From positions 1 through 60,602 of the forward strand of contig JBBPIU010000001.1 of assembly GCA_038040245.1 (NCBI GenBank): a DNA stretch of 60,602 nucleotides. The letters run 5' to 3'. The notes beneath the pieces were generated by a model. It was not told where the DNA came from, ran no database searches, and worked only from the letters and a program-made list of their open reading frames with translations. The stretch comes from Pseudomonadota bacterium (GTDB lineage: Bacteria > Pseudomonadota > Gammaproteobacteria > Burkholderiales > SG8-39). Positions 8,216 to 17,754 of the stretch are shown one piece after another (the first letter of the stretch is position 1; each line of letters starts with the position of its first letter). A program made the position numbers and the translations under genes.

Positions 8216-10167
8216 CACTGCGTTCGAGGGCTGAGGGCGCGGCACAGTTCCCGCAGTTGGTTGCGCTCGGTGGCGTCGAGACCTTCCGGATCGAAGCGGT
8301 AGCGCTGGTGCAACTGGAGCGCTGCCCTGATTTTATTTAATTCTTGAAGAGAAAAATCAGTAGCAATTCTCTTTACCCACGCCGCCTGCGTTTCGCCGGA
8401 GGCGCGGGCGGCCAGGGTTTTCTCCACCGCATAGAACTCCGAGTCTTCGCCGGGATAGGGCAGGCGCGCGACGCCGGGCGCGGCTACGCCCCTACGCGTG
8501 ATGCGCCTGCCGCCGAACATGCGCCAGCCGAGAATCAGGGCGAGGACGACGAGCACGCCGTACCAGGCGTCGCCCGTCTTGAACTCGTCGCGCATGGTCC
8601 AGCGGAACCCCGCCCAGCGCGCGAGGTCGGCGAGCCCTTGCCAGAAGGGCGCCTCGCGCGCCTCTTCAGCGAACCAGTCCGGCGGCGTCGAATCGAGGTC
8701 GATCCAGCGGCCGCCGACCCAGGCGCGCGTCCAGGCATGGCTGTGGCGGCTGCGCACCACGTAGGCATCCTCCAGAGCGCTGCGCTCCATCACCGCGTAA
8801 CCGGTGGCGTAGCGCGCCGGGATGCCGGCGGCGCGCAGCAGCAGCGCCGCGGCGGCGGCGAAATACTCGCAGTGGCCGGAGCGCGTGCGCGTCATGAAAT
8901 CGCCGAGCGCGGTCTCGCCCTTCGGCACCGGGCGTTCGCGGTAGAGCGAGTAGGCGAAGCCGCCGAGATGGCGCTCGATGCGCCGCGCGGCTTCCTCGGC
9001 GGATACGTCGCGCAACCCCAGGTCGGCGGCGACACGCTCGAACACGGCGCGTTCGGCGGACGGAACAATCGAGTCCGCGGCGGCGGGCGGTGCATAGGTC
9101 TGGATTCCGGCGGCGCCCTCCGCCTGGTACTGGAGCCAGTCGGCGCCGGCGTCCACGTGCACCGCGCCGAGTGAATTGCGGCGCATGGAGACCGCGCTAA
9201 GCCCGGTAATGCGCGTCGTTGCCGCGGGCAGCGGCAGCAGCGCCTTGCCGTTCTCGATGCGGGCCGCGAAGCGCACGCCCCACGCGATCGGCTGCGTGGC
9301 CCCCACGAGCGTCCAGGTGGTGTTGTCCGCCTCCGATTCGAGCGTCTGCATCGCGCTCTCGCGGGCCAACCAGTTGGTGCCGGAATAGGTGTTGTAGCTC
9401 GCGCGGTGCAGCAGTCTCACGCGCGCGGCGTCGCCCTCGGCGGCGTAAACGCGCAGCAGGATGGCGTCGTACTGTTTCAACCGGCCGATCGAGCCTATTT
9501 CGGTGACGCTGCGGTAGGGATCGGTGTCCAGGCCGCTCAGATTGAAGTCCACCACCCACGATTCGACCTGCGCCTGCAGCTGTACGAGTCCCACTTGCCC
9601 GGCGTAACCGGCACCCGCGGCTGCGGCGAGCATCAGCACCCAGGCGGCGAGACTCGAATGCAAGGGCCTGATCACATACAGAGCCCAGGCCGTCGCCATC
9701 ACGACACCCGCGTAATACGCCGGGCCGCGCGCGTTTGCCACGCCCGCGGCGATGACCGCCAGCGCGACGTACACCGCGCTCACGTCCATCGCAGGATCCT
9801 CGATCTCCGGGTGCTGGCGCCGGAGTTTGCGCATGTAGCGGAACAGGGCCGAGAGCGGGATGCGGCCGTTCTCCGACAGCAGCTGCGCGAGCATGACCGG
9901 CGCCAGCGCCGCGGGCGCCCAGGTGAACGCTTCCAGGATGCCGCGGGAGATGCCGCGGTTGGCGGCAAGCAGCACGGTGAGCGTGACGAAACCCACGGTG
10001 GAGAGGTCGGCGATGCGCGAGTGCTCCACGGTGCCGAGCTCGAGCCGCAGCTTCAGGTAGCGCGGTGCCTCCAGCGCGATGCCGAGCGCGATGCCCGCCA
10101 CGAGATGGCCGGATTGCCAGCCCCAGAAGGCAAGCGCGGCGCCGATGAGAAAAGGAGGCGCGATCAT
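8215..10167 (-). CDS. transglutaminase-domain membrane protein (TgpA-like)
   Basis: 650 aa. N-terminal polytopic region. Transglutaminase core GHCEYFAAAAALLLRAAGIPARYATGY. Confidence 0.9.
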   Translation of the reverse strand: MIAPPFLIGAALAFWGWQSGHLVAGIALGIALEAPRYLKLRLELGTVEHSRIADLSTVGFVTLTVLLAANRGISRGILEAFTWAPAALAPVMLAQLLSENGRIPLSALFRYMRKLRRQHPEIEDPAMDVSAVYVALAVIAAGVANARGPAYYAGVVMATAWALYVIRPLHSSLAAWVLMLAAAAGAGYAGQVGLVQLQAQVESWVVDFNLSGLDTDPYRSVTEIGSIGRLKQYDAILLRVYAAEGDAARVRLLHRASYNTYSGTNWLARESAMQTLESEADNTTWTLVGATQPIAWGVRFAARIENGKALLPLPAATTRITGLSAVSMRRNSLGAVHVDAGADWLQYQAEGAAGIQTYAPPAAADSIVPSAERAVFERVAADLGLRDVSAEEAARRIERHLGGFAYSLYRERPVPKGETALGDFMTRTRSGHCEYFAAAAALLLRAAGIPARYATGYAVMERSALEDAYVVRSRHSHAWTRAWVGGRWIDLDSTPPDWFAEEAREAPFWQGLADLARWAGFRWTMRDEFKTGDAWYGVLVVLALILGWRMFGGRRITRRGVAAPGVARLPYPGEDSEFYAVEKTLAARASGETQAAWVKRIATDFSLQELNKIRAALQLHQRYRFDPEGLDATERNQLRELCRALSPRTQ

Positions 10168-11483
10168 CGCAATCCGGCCAGTCCCTGTTCTATTTTTCCC
10201 GGAATCAACTGGACGACCCCTGGCGGAGCATCGCCCTCGCCGCGAACCAGCAAGGCGCGCACGTCGAAGCCCTCGGCGCGCAGCGAGGCGACGAAGCGCG
10301 CGCGCTCGTCGTCCCAGCTGATGAAGATGGCAATCACGCTGGAGAGCGTGGCGCGGCGCCCGAGCACGCCTCGCGCGAGCGCCGCGAAGTCTCCGGGTGC
10401 GCTCGGACCCACGCCGGCGAGCACCTCGAGCATGTGTTCGACGAGCATCTGGCCGCGGCCCGCGGTATAGGCACGAACCTCACCTCCCACAAAAAGGAGG
10501 TCGAGCAGGCAATCGTGCGTGTCGATGGTGTAGACGAACGAGGCGGCAAGCGCGACCGCCTCCTCGAAGGCGGCATCCTCGCCGCCGCGGCTGCCGGTGT
10601 CGAGCACCAGCGCGTGGCGCTCGAAAAACTCGTCCTGGTACTCCTTGACCACCGGCTTGCCGGTGCGCGCAAAGCTCTTCCAATGGATCCGCTGCAGCGG
10701 GTCGCCCGGCCGGTAGTCGCGCAATGCAAGGAATTCCTCCGAGTCGCCCACCGAAGCCGCAAGCGACACGCCGCCGGGCTGGAACTTGCGCCGTCCCGGC
10801 AGCGCGATTTCGGGCAGCCGGTAGCGCTTGGGCAATGCGATCACCCGCCCTGCCAGCGGCACGCGCGCTAGGCCTTTCACCAGGCCCAGCGGATCGGGCC
10901 GGCCGAGGGTCAGGCCCGAGAACTCGATGCGCCCGCGCCGGCGCGGGGTGAAACCCAGCCGTAGCGTCAGGCGCTCACCGGGGGCGAGCGGCGGGAGGGC
11001 CGCGGGCTCGACGTTGCGCGGCACCCGCCGCTCGATCAGCCAGCGCCAGCGGAAGTAGCCGACGGTGCGGTCCCACCAGTTGCGGCGCTCCTCGCCGGGC
11101 TCGCGCGAGCGCTTCCATTCCTCGTACCCGGGACGCGGATCGCGAAAGCGCTCGAAGATGGTCGCCCCGGTGAGCGCGCGTGTCCCCCGGTTGGCGACGA
11201 CGATGCGGTAGATACAGCGCTCGCCCGCGGTGGCGTAGCGCGGCAGGTCACGGCTCGCTTCCAGCCGCGCGCGGAAGAAAAGGCTCGCGACGTAGGAGAT
11301 CGCAAGCAGCGCCGCCAGGAAGGTGAAGGCGCGGTAGGTGACGGTAAGGTTGGTGTCCAGCCCCGCGGCGGCAGCGGCGCCGCCTGCGCCCGCCACCAGC
11401 CAGCCGGCGAGCGTCAGCCGCTCGCGCAGCCAGTGGTCAAGCGCGCTCGCGAATCGCAGTGCGCGATAGATGGACCGCTTCAC
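10164..11483 (-). CDS. DUF58 (vWA-like) protein
   Basis: Typical DUF58 motif EEFLALRDYRPGDPLQRIHWKS. Start set at GTG 11483, 16 nt after the moxR stop; the longer track ORF would overlap moxR. Confidence 0.85.
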   Translation of the reverse strand: MKRSIYRALRFASALDHWLRERLTLAGWLVAGAGGAAAAAGLDTNLTVTYRAFTFLAALLAISYVASLFFRARLEASRDLPRYATAGERCIYRIVVANRGTRALTGATIFERFRDPRPGYEEWKRSREPGEERRNWWDRTVGYFRWRWLIERRVPRNVEPAALPPLAPGERLTLRLGFTPRRRGRIEFSGLTLGRPDPLGLVKGLARVPLAGRVIALPKRYRLPEIALPGRRKFQPGGVSLAASVGDSEEFLALRDYRPGDPLQRIHWKSFARTGKPVVKEYQDEFFERHALVLDTGSRGGEDAAFEEAVALAASFVYTIDTHDCLLDLLFVGGEVRAYTAGRGQMLVEHMLEVLAGVGPSAPGDFAALARGVLGRRATLSSVIAIFISWDDERARFVASLRAEGFDVRALLVRGEGDAPPGVVQLIPGKIEQGLAGLR

Positions 11484-11499
11484 GTCGGCGCCATGCGCT

Positions 11500-12465
11500 T
11501 CACGCGGGCACCGGCACCTCGCGCAGGATCTCGGCGACCAGCGCCGCGGCGGTGGTGCCGGCGAATTTTGCCTGCGGATCCAGCACCATGCGATGCGCGA
11601 GCACCGGCACGGCGAGCTCAATCAGGTGCTCCGGCCTGACGTATTCCTCGCCGTCGAAGAGCGCCAGCGCCTTGGCGGCATTGGCGAGCGCGATCGAAGC
11701 GCGCGGGCCGCAGCCCAGCTGGACAGAGGGTAAAACGCGGGTCCGCCGCACAATCTCCACCACGTAGCGGCGCAGTTCGGCGGCGAGGCGCACATGCCGC
11801 ACGCGTTCCTTCAGCGCCAGCACTTCCTCGCGCGTCGCGATCGCGCGCAACGCGGCCAGGGGATGCCCCAGGTCCTGCGCCGCCAGCACTTCGGCTTCCA
11901 CTTCGGCCTCGACGTAGCCGAGCGCGATGCAGATCGCGAAACGGTCCATCTGCGCCTCGGGCAGGGGATAGGTGCCGCGGAATTCGACCGGGTTCTGCGT
12001 CGCGACGACGAAGAACAGCTGGTCCATGACGTGGGTGCGGCCTTCGACCGAAACCTGGCTCTCGGCCATCACTTCCAGCAGCGCCGACTGGGTGCGGGGC
12101 GAGGCGCGGTTGATCTCGTCGGCCAGCAGGATCGAAGTGAACACCGGGCCCTCCCGGAACTCAAACGTCTGCTCTTTCTGGTTGAAGACCGAGACCCCGA
12201 GGATGTCCGAGGGCAGCAGGTCGGGCGTGAACTGGACGCGCGTGAAGCGAGCGCCGATGGACGCGGCGAGACTCTTGGCAAGCGTGGTCTTGCCGGTGCC
12301 GGGGTAGTCCTCGATCAGCACGTGGCCGCCGGAGGCGAAGGCGGCAAGGAGCTTGCGCACGCCGTCCCGGCTGCCGCGCATCACCTTCTCGATATTGCCG
12401 GCGATGCGGCCAAAGAGCGCGCTCGCCTCGCTTGCCGGTAGCAGCGGCCTGGCGGCGGCATTCAT
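11500..12465 (-). CDS. MoxR-family AAA+ ATPase
   Basis: 321 aa. Walker A GTGKTTLAKSLA, Walker B LLADEINRA, FFVVATQNP. Confidence 0.93.
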   Translation of the reverse strand: MNAAARPLLPASEASALFGRIAGNIEKVMRGSRDGVRKLLAAFASGGHVLIEDYPGTGKTTLAKSLAASIGARFTRVQFTPDLLPSDILGVSVFNQKEQTFEFREGPVFTSILLADEINRASPRTQSALLEVMAESQVSVEGRTHVMDQLFFVVATQNPVEFRGTYPLPEAQMDRFAICIALGYVEAEVEAEVLAAQDLGHPLAALRAIATREEVLALKERVRHVRLAAELRRYVVEIVRRTRVLPSVQLGCGPRASIALANAAKALALFDGEEYVRPEHLIELAVPVLAHRMVLDPQAKFAGTTAAALVAEILREVPVPA

Positions 12466-12472
12466 TGCGGTC

Positions 12473-13435
12473 TCAGGCTTCCTGCAGGCGCCGTTCGCGG
12501 ATCGTCTGCGCGAAAGCGAGCACCGCGCGCGCGAGCGCCGTACGGTCCTCCAGCGTGCGCATCACGGTGTTCACGACCAGGACTTCGATGCCGCTCGCGC
12601 GCACGTCCTCGGCGCTCGCCGCGTCCTCGGTGTCGATGACGAAACCGTCGATCAGCTTGAGGTACTCGAGCGCCACCCGCCGGGCCGAGGCCTCGTGGCG
12701 CAGTTCGCTCATGATTTTCCCGGCCGAGCCCTTGAGCGCCTTGCCGCCGACGATCGGCGTCACCGCGATCACCGGCGCGCGGCGCTTGCGCATGAGCTCC
12801 CGCATGCCGGGCACTTCCAGGATCGGGCGGATGGTGTGGTAGGGATTGGCGGGGCAGATGATGACCGCCTCCAGGTCTGCCGAGTCGAGCGCGTCGGATA
12901 TTTCCGGCGTCAGCATGGCTGCATCCGCGCCCGCGTAGTTGAAGCCGCGCACCACCGGCTCGCAGCCGAGCGTGGCGAAGTATTCCTGGAACGACACCTC
13001 GCCGTCGTCGGTGAGCACGTACGTGCGTATCGGGTCGTCGCTCATCGGCAGCACGCGCGCGCTGATGCCGAGCTGCTTGCAGAAATCGAGGGTAATTGCG
13101 GTCAGGCGCCGGTCCTCGGCGAGCCAGGCGGTGCGCAGCAGCGGCGCGGCAAGCGAGCGGTCGCCGAGCGAGAGCCGGTCCGGGCCGCCGAACTGCTTCA
13201 GCGTGGCGTAGAGCGCATGGCTTTCGCCGGCCGGCTCCCAGGGCGCTGAAGGGCTCGCGATGCCGGCGAGCACGTAGAGCACGGTGTCGATGTCCGGCGA
13301 GAAATGCAGCGTCAGGTGCTCGTAGTCGTCGCCGGTGTTGACGATCGCGGCGAGGTCCTTGCCGCGCAGGCGGTAAAGCCCGTCCACCAGCTTCGCCCCG
13401 CCCACCTGCCCCGTCAATGCGACGACCGTCCCCAT
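12473..13435 (-). CDS. CofD-family (2-phospho-L-lactate transferase-like) protein
   Basis: 320 aa. VNTGDDYEHL..SPDIDTVLY, VLPMSDDPIRTYV, CPANPYHTIRPILEVPGMRELM and VIAVTPIVGGKALKGSAGKIM parallel archaeal CofD motifs as I recall them. Confidence 0.8.
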   Translation of the reverse strand: MGTVVALTGQVGGAKLVDGLYRLRGKDLAAIVNTGDDYEHLTLHFSPDIDTVLYVLAGIASPSAPWEPAGESHALYATLKQFGGPDRLSLGDRSLAAPLLRTAWLAEDRRLTAITLDFCKQLGISARVLPMSDDPIRTYVLTDDGEVSFQEYFATLGCEPVVRGFNYAGADAAMLTPEISDALDSADLEAVIICPANPYHTIRPILEVPGMRELMRKRRAPVIAVTPIVGGKALKGSAGKIMSELRHEASARRVALEYLKLIDGFVIDTEDAASAEDVRASGIEVLVVNTVMRTLEDRTALARAVLAFAQTIRERRLQEA

Positions 13436-13456
13436 GCCGCTAGTGTACGGTAGGAA

Positions 13457-15454
13457 TCAGAGCCTCGCCGCCAGTTCGGCGCCTTCGAGCATGGCGCGCT
13501 TGGCGTCCAGCTCGCCGGCTTGCTTCGCGCCGCCGATCAGATGGCTTGCCTTGAGTTCTCTTTTTGGTTCCTGCCCCGCGCAAAGCACGACCGTATCCGC
13601 GGGCAGCACGCTCTCCTTGCCGTCCACTACGATGTGCACGCCCGCATCGTCGATGCGCCTGTATTCGACGCCTTTGAGCATCTTGACGCCGTTGTGCGCG
13701 AGTTCCGCGCGATGCACCCAGCCGGTGGTGCGGCCGAGCGTGCTGCCGAAGGGCGTGGTGGAGCGTTTGAGCATGATTATCTGGAATGTGCCGTGAGGTT
13801 TTTCCATTCCGCCGGAAGCGAGGCCCCCGGGAACGGCAGGTTCCTGGGTAATGCCCCAATGCCAGTTGAATGCAGCGGACTCCAGCGCAGAGCGGCTCGA
13901 GCGCTCGAGCAGATAGAGGGCGACATCGAAGCCGATCCCGCCGGCGCCGATGATGACCACGTTGTTTCCCGCCTGCACGCGGCCGGAAAGCAGGTCCACG
14001 TAGCCGACCACGCTCTGGTGGTCGATGCCGGGAATCGCGGGCCTGCGCGGCTCGACGCCGGAGGCGAGCACAACCTCGTCGAAGCGCTCCAGCTCCGTTT
14101 CGCAAGCAGGGTGGTTGAGCAGCACCGTCACGCCGGCGCGCCGCAGCCGTTCGCCGTAGTAGGCCACCGATTCGCCGAACTCCTGCTTGCCGGGGATGCG
14201 CTTGGCGAGGTTGAACTGGCCGCCGAGCTCGGCGGCCTTCTCAAACAGCACCACCTCGTGGCCGCGTTCGGCGGCAACCGCGGCGCAGGACAGACCTGCG
14301 GGACCGCCACCGACGATTGCTATGCTTTTTCTATTTAAAGTCTTTTTGAATAAAAGCTTGGTTTCGCGACCCGCCCGAGGATTCACCACACAGCTCGCCG
14401 GCTGGCCGATGAAGTAGTGGTCCAGGCAGGCCTGGTTGCAGGCGATGCAGATGTTGATGCCGGCGCGGTCGCCGGCCTTCGCCTTGTTCGCGAACTCCGC
14501 GTCCGACAGCATCGCGCGGGCGAGGGAGACCATGTCGGCGTCGCCGCGCGCGAGAAGCTCTTCGGCGATCTCGGGTGCATTGATGCGGTTGGAGGCGACC
14601 ACCGGAATTTTCACTGCTTGCCTGATCCGCCGCGCCGCCCAGGAGAAGCCGGCGCGTGGCACCGCCTGTGCGATGGTCGGGATGCGCGCCTCGTGCCAGC
14701 CGATGCCGGTGTTGAGTATCGTCGCGCCTGCCGTCTCGATTGCTTTCGCGAGTTGGACTGTTTCGGCGCCCGTCAGGCCGCCCTCGACCAGATCGAGCGC
14801 CGAAATGCGGTAGACGATGATGAACTGCGGGCCGGTGGCGGCGCGCGTCTGGCGCACGATTTCGCAGGCGAAGCGCATGCGGTTCTCGAGCGGGCCGCCC
14901 CAGTCGTCCTGGCGCTGGTTGGTGCGCAGCGCGAGAAACTGGGTGATGAGGTAGCCCTCGGAGGCCATCACCTCGACGCCGTCGTAGCCCGCGCTCTGGG
15001 CGAGCACCGCAGCGCGCACGAAGTCGGCGATGGTTAGCTCGATCTCGGTCGCGCTCAGTTCGCGCGGCGCGTTGGGATTGATCCCGGACTTGATCGGTGA
15101 AGGGGCGACAATGTTCGGGTGGAAGCCGTAGCGCCCGGAATGCAGCACCTGCAGGACGATGCGACCGCCAGCGTCGTGCACCGCCTTCGGGATCACGCTG
15201 TGGCGCTCGGCATCCTGCCGGGTGCTCATCTGCGCGCGGTGCGGGCTCAGCTCGCCGGCGTCGTTTGGCGAGAAACCGCCGGTGACGATCAGCGCCGCGC
15301 CGCCGCGCGCGCGCTCCGCATAGAACGCGGCCAGCCGCGCCATGCCGTCAGGCCGCGCCTCCAGTCCCATGTGCATCGAGCCCATGAGAATGCGGTTCGG
15401 CAAGGTGACGCCCGGCAGCTTGAGCGGGCGGAAAAGATGCGGGTAGGTGGCCAT
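13457..15454 (-). CDS. fadH: 2,4-dienoyl-CoA reductase (NADPH)
   Basis: 665 aa from the ATG at 15454 (MATYPHLFRPLKLPGVTLPNRILMGSMHMGLE, parallels E. coli FadH). OYE-like TIM barrel, Cys cluster CIACNQAC, and GGGPAG and GAGGIG dinucleotide folds. The track ORF extends artefactually to 16528. Confidence 0.93.
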   Translation of the reverse strand: MATYPHLFRPLKLPGVTLPNRILMGSMHMGLEARPDGMARLAAFYAERARGGAALIVTGGFSPNDAGELSPHRAQMSTRQDAERHSVIPKAVHDAGGRIVLQVLHSGRYGFHPNIVAPSPIKSGINPNAPRELSATEIELTIADFVRAAVLAQSAGYDGVEVMASEGYLITQFLALRTNQRQDDWGGPLENRMRFACEIVRQTRAATGPQFIIVYRISALDLVEGGLTGAETVQLAKAIETAGATILNTGIGWHEARIPTIAQAVPRAGFSWAARRIRQAVKIPVVASNRINAPEIAEELLARGDADMVSLARAMLSDAEFANKAKAGDRAGINICIACNQACLDHYFIGQPASCVVNPRAGRETKLLFKKTLNRKSIAIVGGGPAGLSCAAVAAERGHEVVLFEKAAELGGQFNLAKRIPGKQEFGESVAYYGERLRRAGVTVLLNHPACETELERFDEVVLASGVEPRRPAIPGIDHQSVVGYVDLLSGRVQAGNNVVIIGAGGIGFDVALYLLERSSRSALESAAFNWHWGITQEPAVPGGLASGGMEKPHGTFQIIMLKRSTTPFGSTLGRTTGWVHRAELAHNGVKMLKGVEYRRIDDAGVHIVVDGKESVLPADTVVLCAGQEPKRELKASHLIGGAKQAGELDAKRAMLEGAELAARL

Positions 15455-15458
15455 AAAT

Positions 15459-15502
15459 GGGGTCAGAGCAACATTTCCGGTCAGAAATGCTGTTCTGACC
15501 CC
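15459..15502. repeat. REP-like hairpin, family 2 (GGGGTCAGA... type)
   Basis: GGGGTCAGAGCAACATTTC / GAAATGCTGTTCTGACCCC, 19-bp arms with 2 mismatches and a 6-nt loop. Related to the palindrome at 38831-38885. Confidence 0.8.
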
Positions 15503-15619
15503 AATTTTATCGCCGCTTGCTGTCGGCCGCGCTAGCCATTTCCGGACCTGCAACCGGGCGGGGCTGCGATGTCCGAAAACGGCTAGCGTGAGCTGGTCGG
15601 CGCCTCCATACTCCCGTCC

Positions 15620-17068
15620 ATGACGCTTGATCCCCACACCTGCTACCGGGCGCTTAAAGCGCGCGATGCGAGGTTCGACGGCCGCTTCTTCGTGGCGGTT
15701 TCTTCGACGCGCATCTATTGCCGTCCGGTGTGCACCGTCAAGCCGCCCAAGCGCGAGAACTGCCGTTTCTATCCCAGCGCGGCGGCCGCGGAGTCGGGCG
15801 GCTACCGGCCCTGCCTGCGCTGCCGGCCCGAGCTGGCGCCCGGCAACGCGAGCGTGGATGCGACCTCGCGCCTGGCGCAGGCCGCCGCCAGCCTGCTCGA
15901 GGACCGGACGCTGGACGAGGCAGGGCTGGACGCGGTCGCCTCGCACCTCGGCATCACCGACCGCCATCTGCGCCGCGCATTCGGCGCCGAGTTCGGCGTC
16001 TCGCCGGTGGAGTTCGCGCAGACGCAGCGTCTGCTGCTGGCCAAGCGCCTGCTGACCGACACCGCGCTGCCGGTCACCGAGATCGCGTTCGCGAGCGGCT
16101 TCGGCAGCCTGCGGCGCTTCAATGCGCTGTTCAAGCAGCGCTACCGTCTTCAGCCCAGTCAGCTGCGCCGCCACATGCGCGGCGGAGTACCGGCTGGCGC
16201 GGACGCGCTGCATTTCGAACTGAGCTTCCGTCCGCCTTACGACTGGGCCGCCATGAGAGCGTTCTTGTCCACGCGAGCGGTCGCCGGCGTCGAAGCGGTG
16301 GACGGCAGCTGCTACCGCCGCACGGTACGCATTCCGATCGACGGCAAGGATCACCTCGGCTGGATCGAGGTCGGGATGTCGCCGAAGAAGCCGACGCTGC
16401 GCGTGACAGTTTCCGCGTCGCTCGCCAAGGCGCTGCCGCCGGTGCTCTCCCGCGTCAAGGCACTGATGGACCTCGCTTGCCACCCCACCGAGGTGGCGCA
16501 AGCGCTCGGCGCCCTGGCGAGGAACCATCCTGGCTTGCGCGTGCCCGGCGCATTCGACGGTTTCGAAGTGGCGGTGCGCGCAATCCTAGGCCAGCAGGTG
16601 ACGGTCGCCGCGGCACGCACAGTCGCGGGCCGCTTCGCCGCGGCCTTTGGCGATCCTTTGGACACGCCTTCTAGTTCATTAAATAGAATTTTTCCTTCAG
16701 CTGAGCGCATCGCCGAGCTTCCCTATGGCCGCATCGCGCGCCTCGGCATGCCCGGCGCGCGCGCACGCACCGTCGTCGCACTCGCGCGCGCGGTGGCGGA
16801 CGGAGACCTTGTTCTGATGCCCAATGCCGATATCGAGGCGACGCTGGACAAGCTGCGCTCGCTGCCGGGCGTGGGCGAATGGACCGCGCAATACATCGCG
16901 ATGCGGGCGCTGGCCTGGCCGGATGCGTTTCCGCACACGGATCTGGGCGTGATGAAGGCGCTGGGCGAAACGCATGCGCGCCGCGTGCTCGCCGCCGCCG
17001 AAGCCTGGCGGCCCTGGCGCGCGTATGCGGTGATGCACCTCTGGCAATCTCTTCAAAAGAAGGAATGA
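15620..17068 (+). CDS. Ada-N (methylphosphotriester Zn domain) + AraC HTH + AlkA DNA-3-methyladenine glycosylase II fusion
   Basis: 482 aa. Ada Zn motif CRPVCTVKPPKRENCRFY...PCLRCRP, AraC-type HTH, C-terminal HhH-GPD glycosylase region. Confidence 0.88.
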   Translation: MTLDPHTCYRALKARDARFDGRFFVAVSSTRIYCRPVCTVKPPKRENCRFYPSAAAAESGGYRPCLRCRPELAPGNASVDATSRLAQAAASLLEDRTLDEAGLDAVASHLGITDRHLRRAFGAEFGVSPVEFAQTQRLLLAKRLLTDTALPVTEIAFASGFGSLRRFNALFKQRYRLQPSQLRRHMRGGVPAGADALHFELSFRPPYDWAAMRAFLSTRAVAGVEAVDGSCYRRTVRIPIDGKDHLGWIEVGMSPKKPTLRVTVSASLAKALPPVLSRVKALMDLACHPTEVAQALGALARNHPGLRVPGAFDGFEVAVRAILGQQVTVAAARTVAGRFAAAFGDPLDTPSSSLNRIFPSAERIAELPYGRIARLGMPGARARTVVALARAVADGDLVLMPNADIEATLDKLRSLPGVGEWTAQYIAMRALAWPDAFPHTDLGVMKALGETHARRVLAAAEAWRPWRAYAVMHLWQSLQKKE

Positions 17069-17595
17069 ACATGCGTTACTACGATAATTATGAAAGCCCG
17101 CAGGGCGGCATGCTGCTCGTCGCCAATGACAAGGGTCTCGCGGGAGTTTTCTTCAACCGCCAAAAGCATCACCCGAAACGGCAAGCGGACTGGAAGCAGG
17201 ATCCGCATCACCGTGTGCTGCAGCAGGCGAAGCGCGAACTCGCGGAGTATTTCTCCGGTAAGCGCAAGCGCTTCGAGGTCGCGCTTGCGCCGGAGGGCAC
17301 GCCGTTCCAGCGGGCGGTGTGGAAGGGGATCTCGACGGTCCGATTCGGCGAAACCATTACCTACGGCGAACTCGCGCGGCGGGCGGGATGCCCGGGCAGC
17401 GCGCGCGCCGCGGGCGCGGCGACCGGCCGCAATCCGATCGGCATCATCGTTCCCTGCCACCGCATCATGGGCGCGAACGGTGCCTTGACCGGCTACGCCG
17501 GGGGAATCGACCGCAAGCGTTCGCTGCTCGCGCTGGAGGGGGTCGGCCGGGATCTGCTCTCACACACGGGGACTCACCAAGCTCAGTTGACGTAG
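17065..17595 (+). CDS. ogt: methylated-DNA-protein-cysteine methyltransferase
   Basis: ATGA overlap with the upstream gene. Active-site motif IIVPCHRIMG. Confidence 0.9.
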   Translation: MNMRYYDNYESPQGGMLLVANDKGLAGVFFNRQKHHPKRQADWKQDPHHRVLQQAKRELAEYFSGKRKRFEVALAPEGTPFQRAVWKGISTVRFGETITYGELARRAGCPGSARAAGAATGRNPIGIIVPCHRIMGANGALTGYAGGIDRKRSLLALEGVGRDLLSHTGTHQAQLT

Positions 17596-17600
17596 TCGCG

Positions 17601-17630
17601 AATGACCGCTTTCGGCCAAAAGCGGTCATT
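17601..17630. repeat. REP-like palindrome, family 1, copy A
   Basis: AATGACCGCTTT-cggcca-AAAGCGGTCATT, perfect 12-bp arms. Confidence 0.85.
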
Positions 17631-17754
17631 GGCCGCTTTCCGACCCAGACACCCTAGTTGCGCATTGCCGGCTCCTGCCGAACAGTCGGTCCCGCGGACG
17701 ACAGGGACACGGCGTATTTCTAGGGGCCAGTAGATATAAGGAATACGGCGCCTG

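Noticed and set aside
7832-12465. MoxR-DUF58-transglutaminase as a novel defence or stress system
   Set aside because: This three-gene arrangement is a widely conserved proteobacterial operon (the TgpA-type locus). Only the attached cofD-like gene is unusual, and it is reported separately.
13457-16528. 1023-aa ORF extending fadH upstream across the intergenic region and antisense to ada/alkA
   Set aside because: FadH homology begins at MATYPHLF (ATG 15454). The upstream 350 codons are low-complexity Arg/Ala-rich sequence antisense to a well-supported gene.
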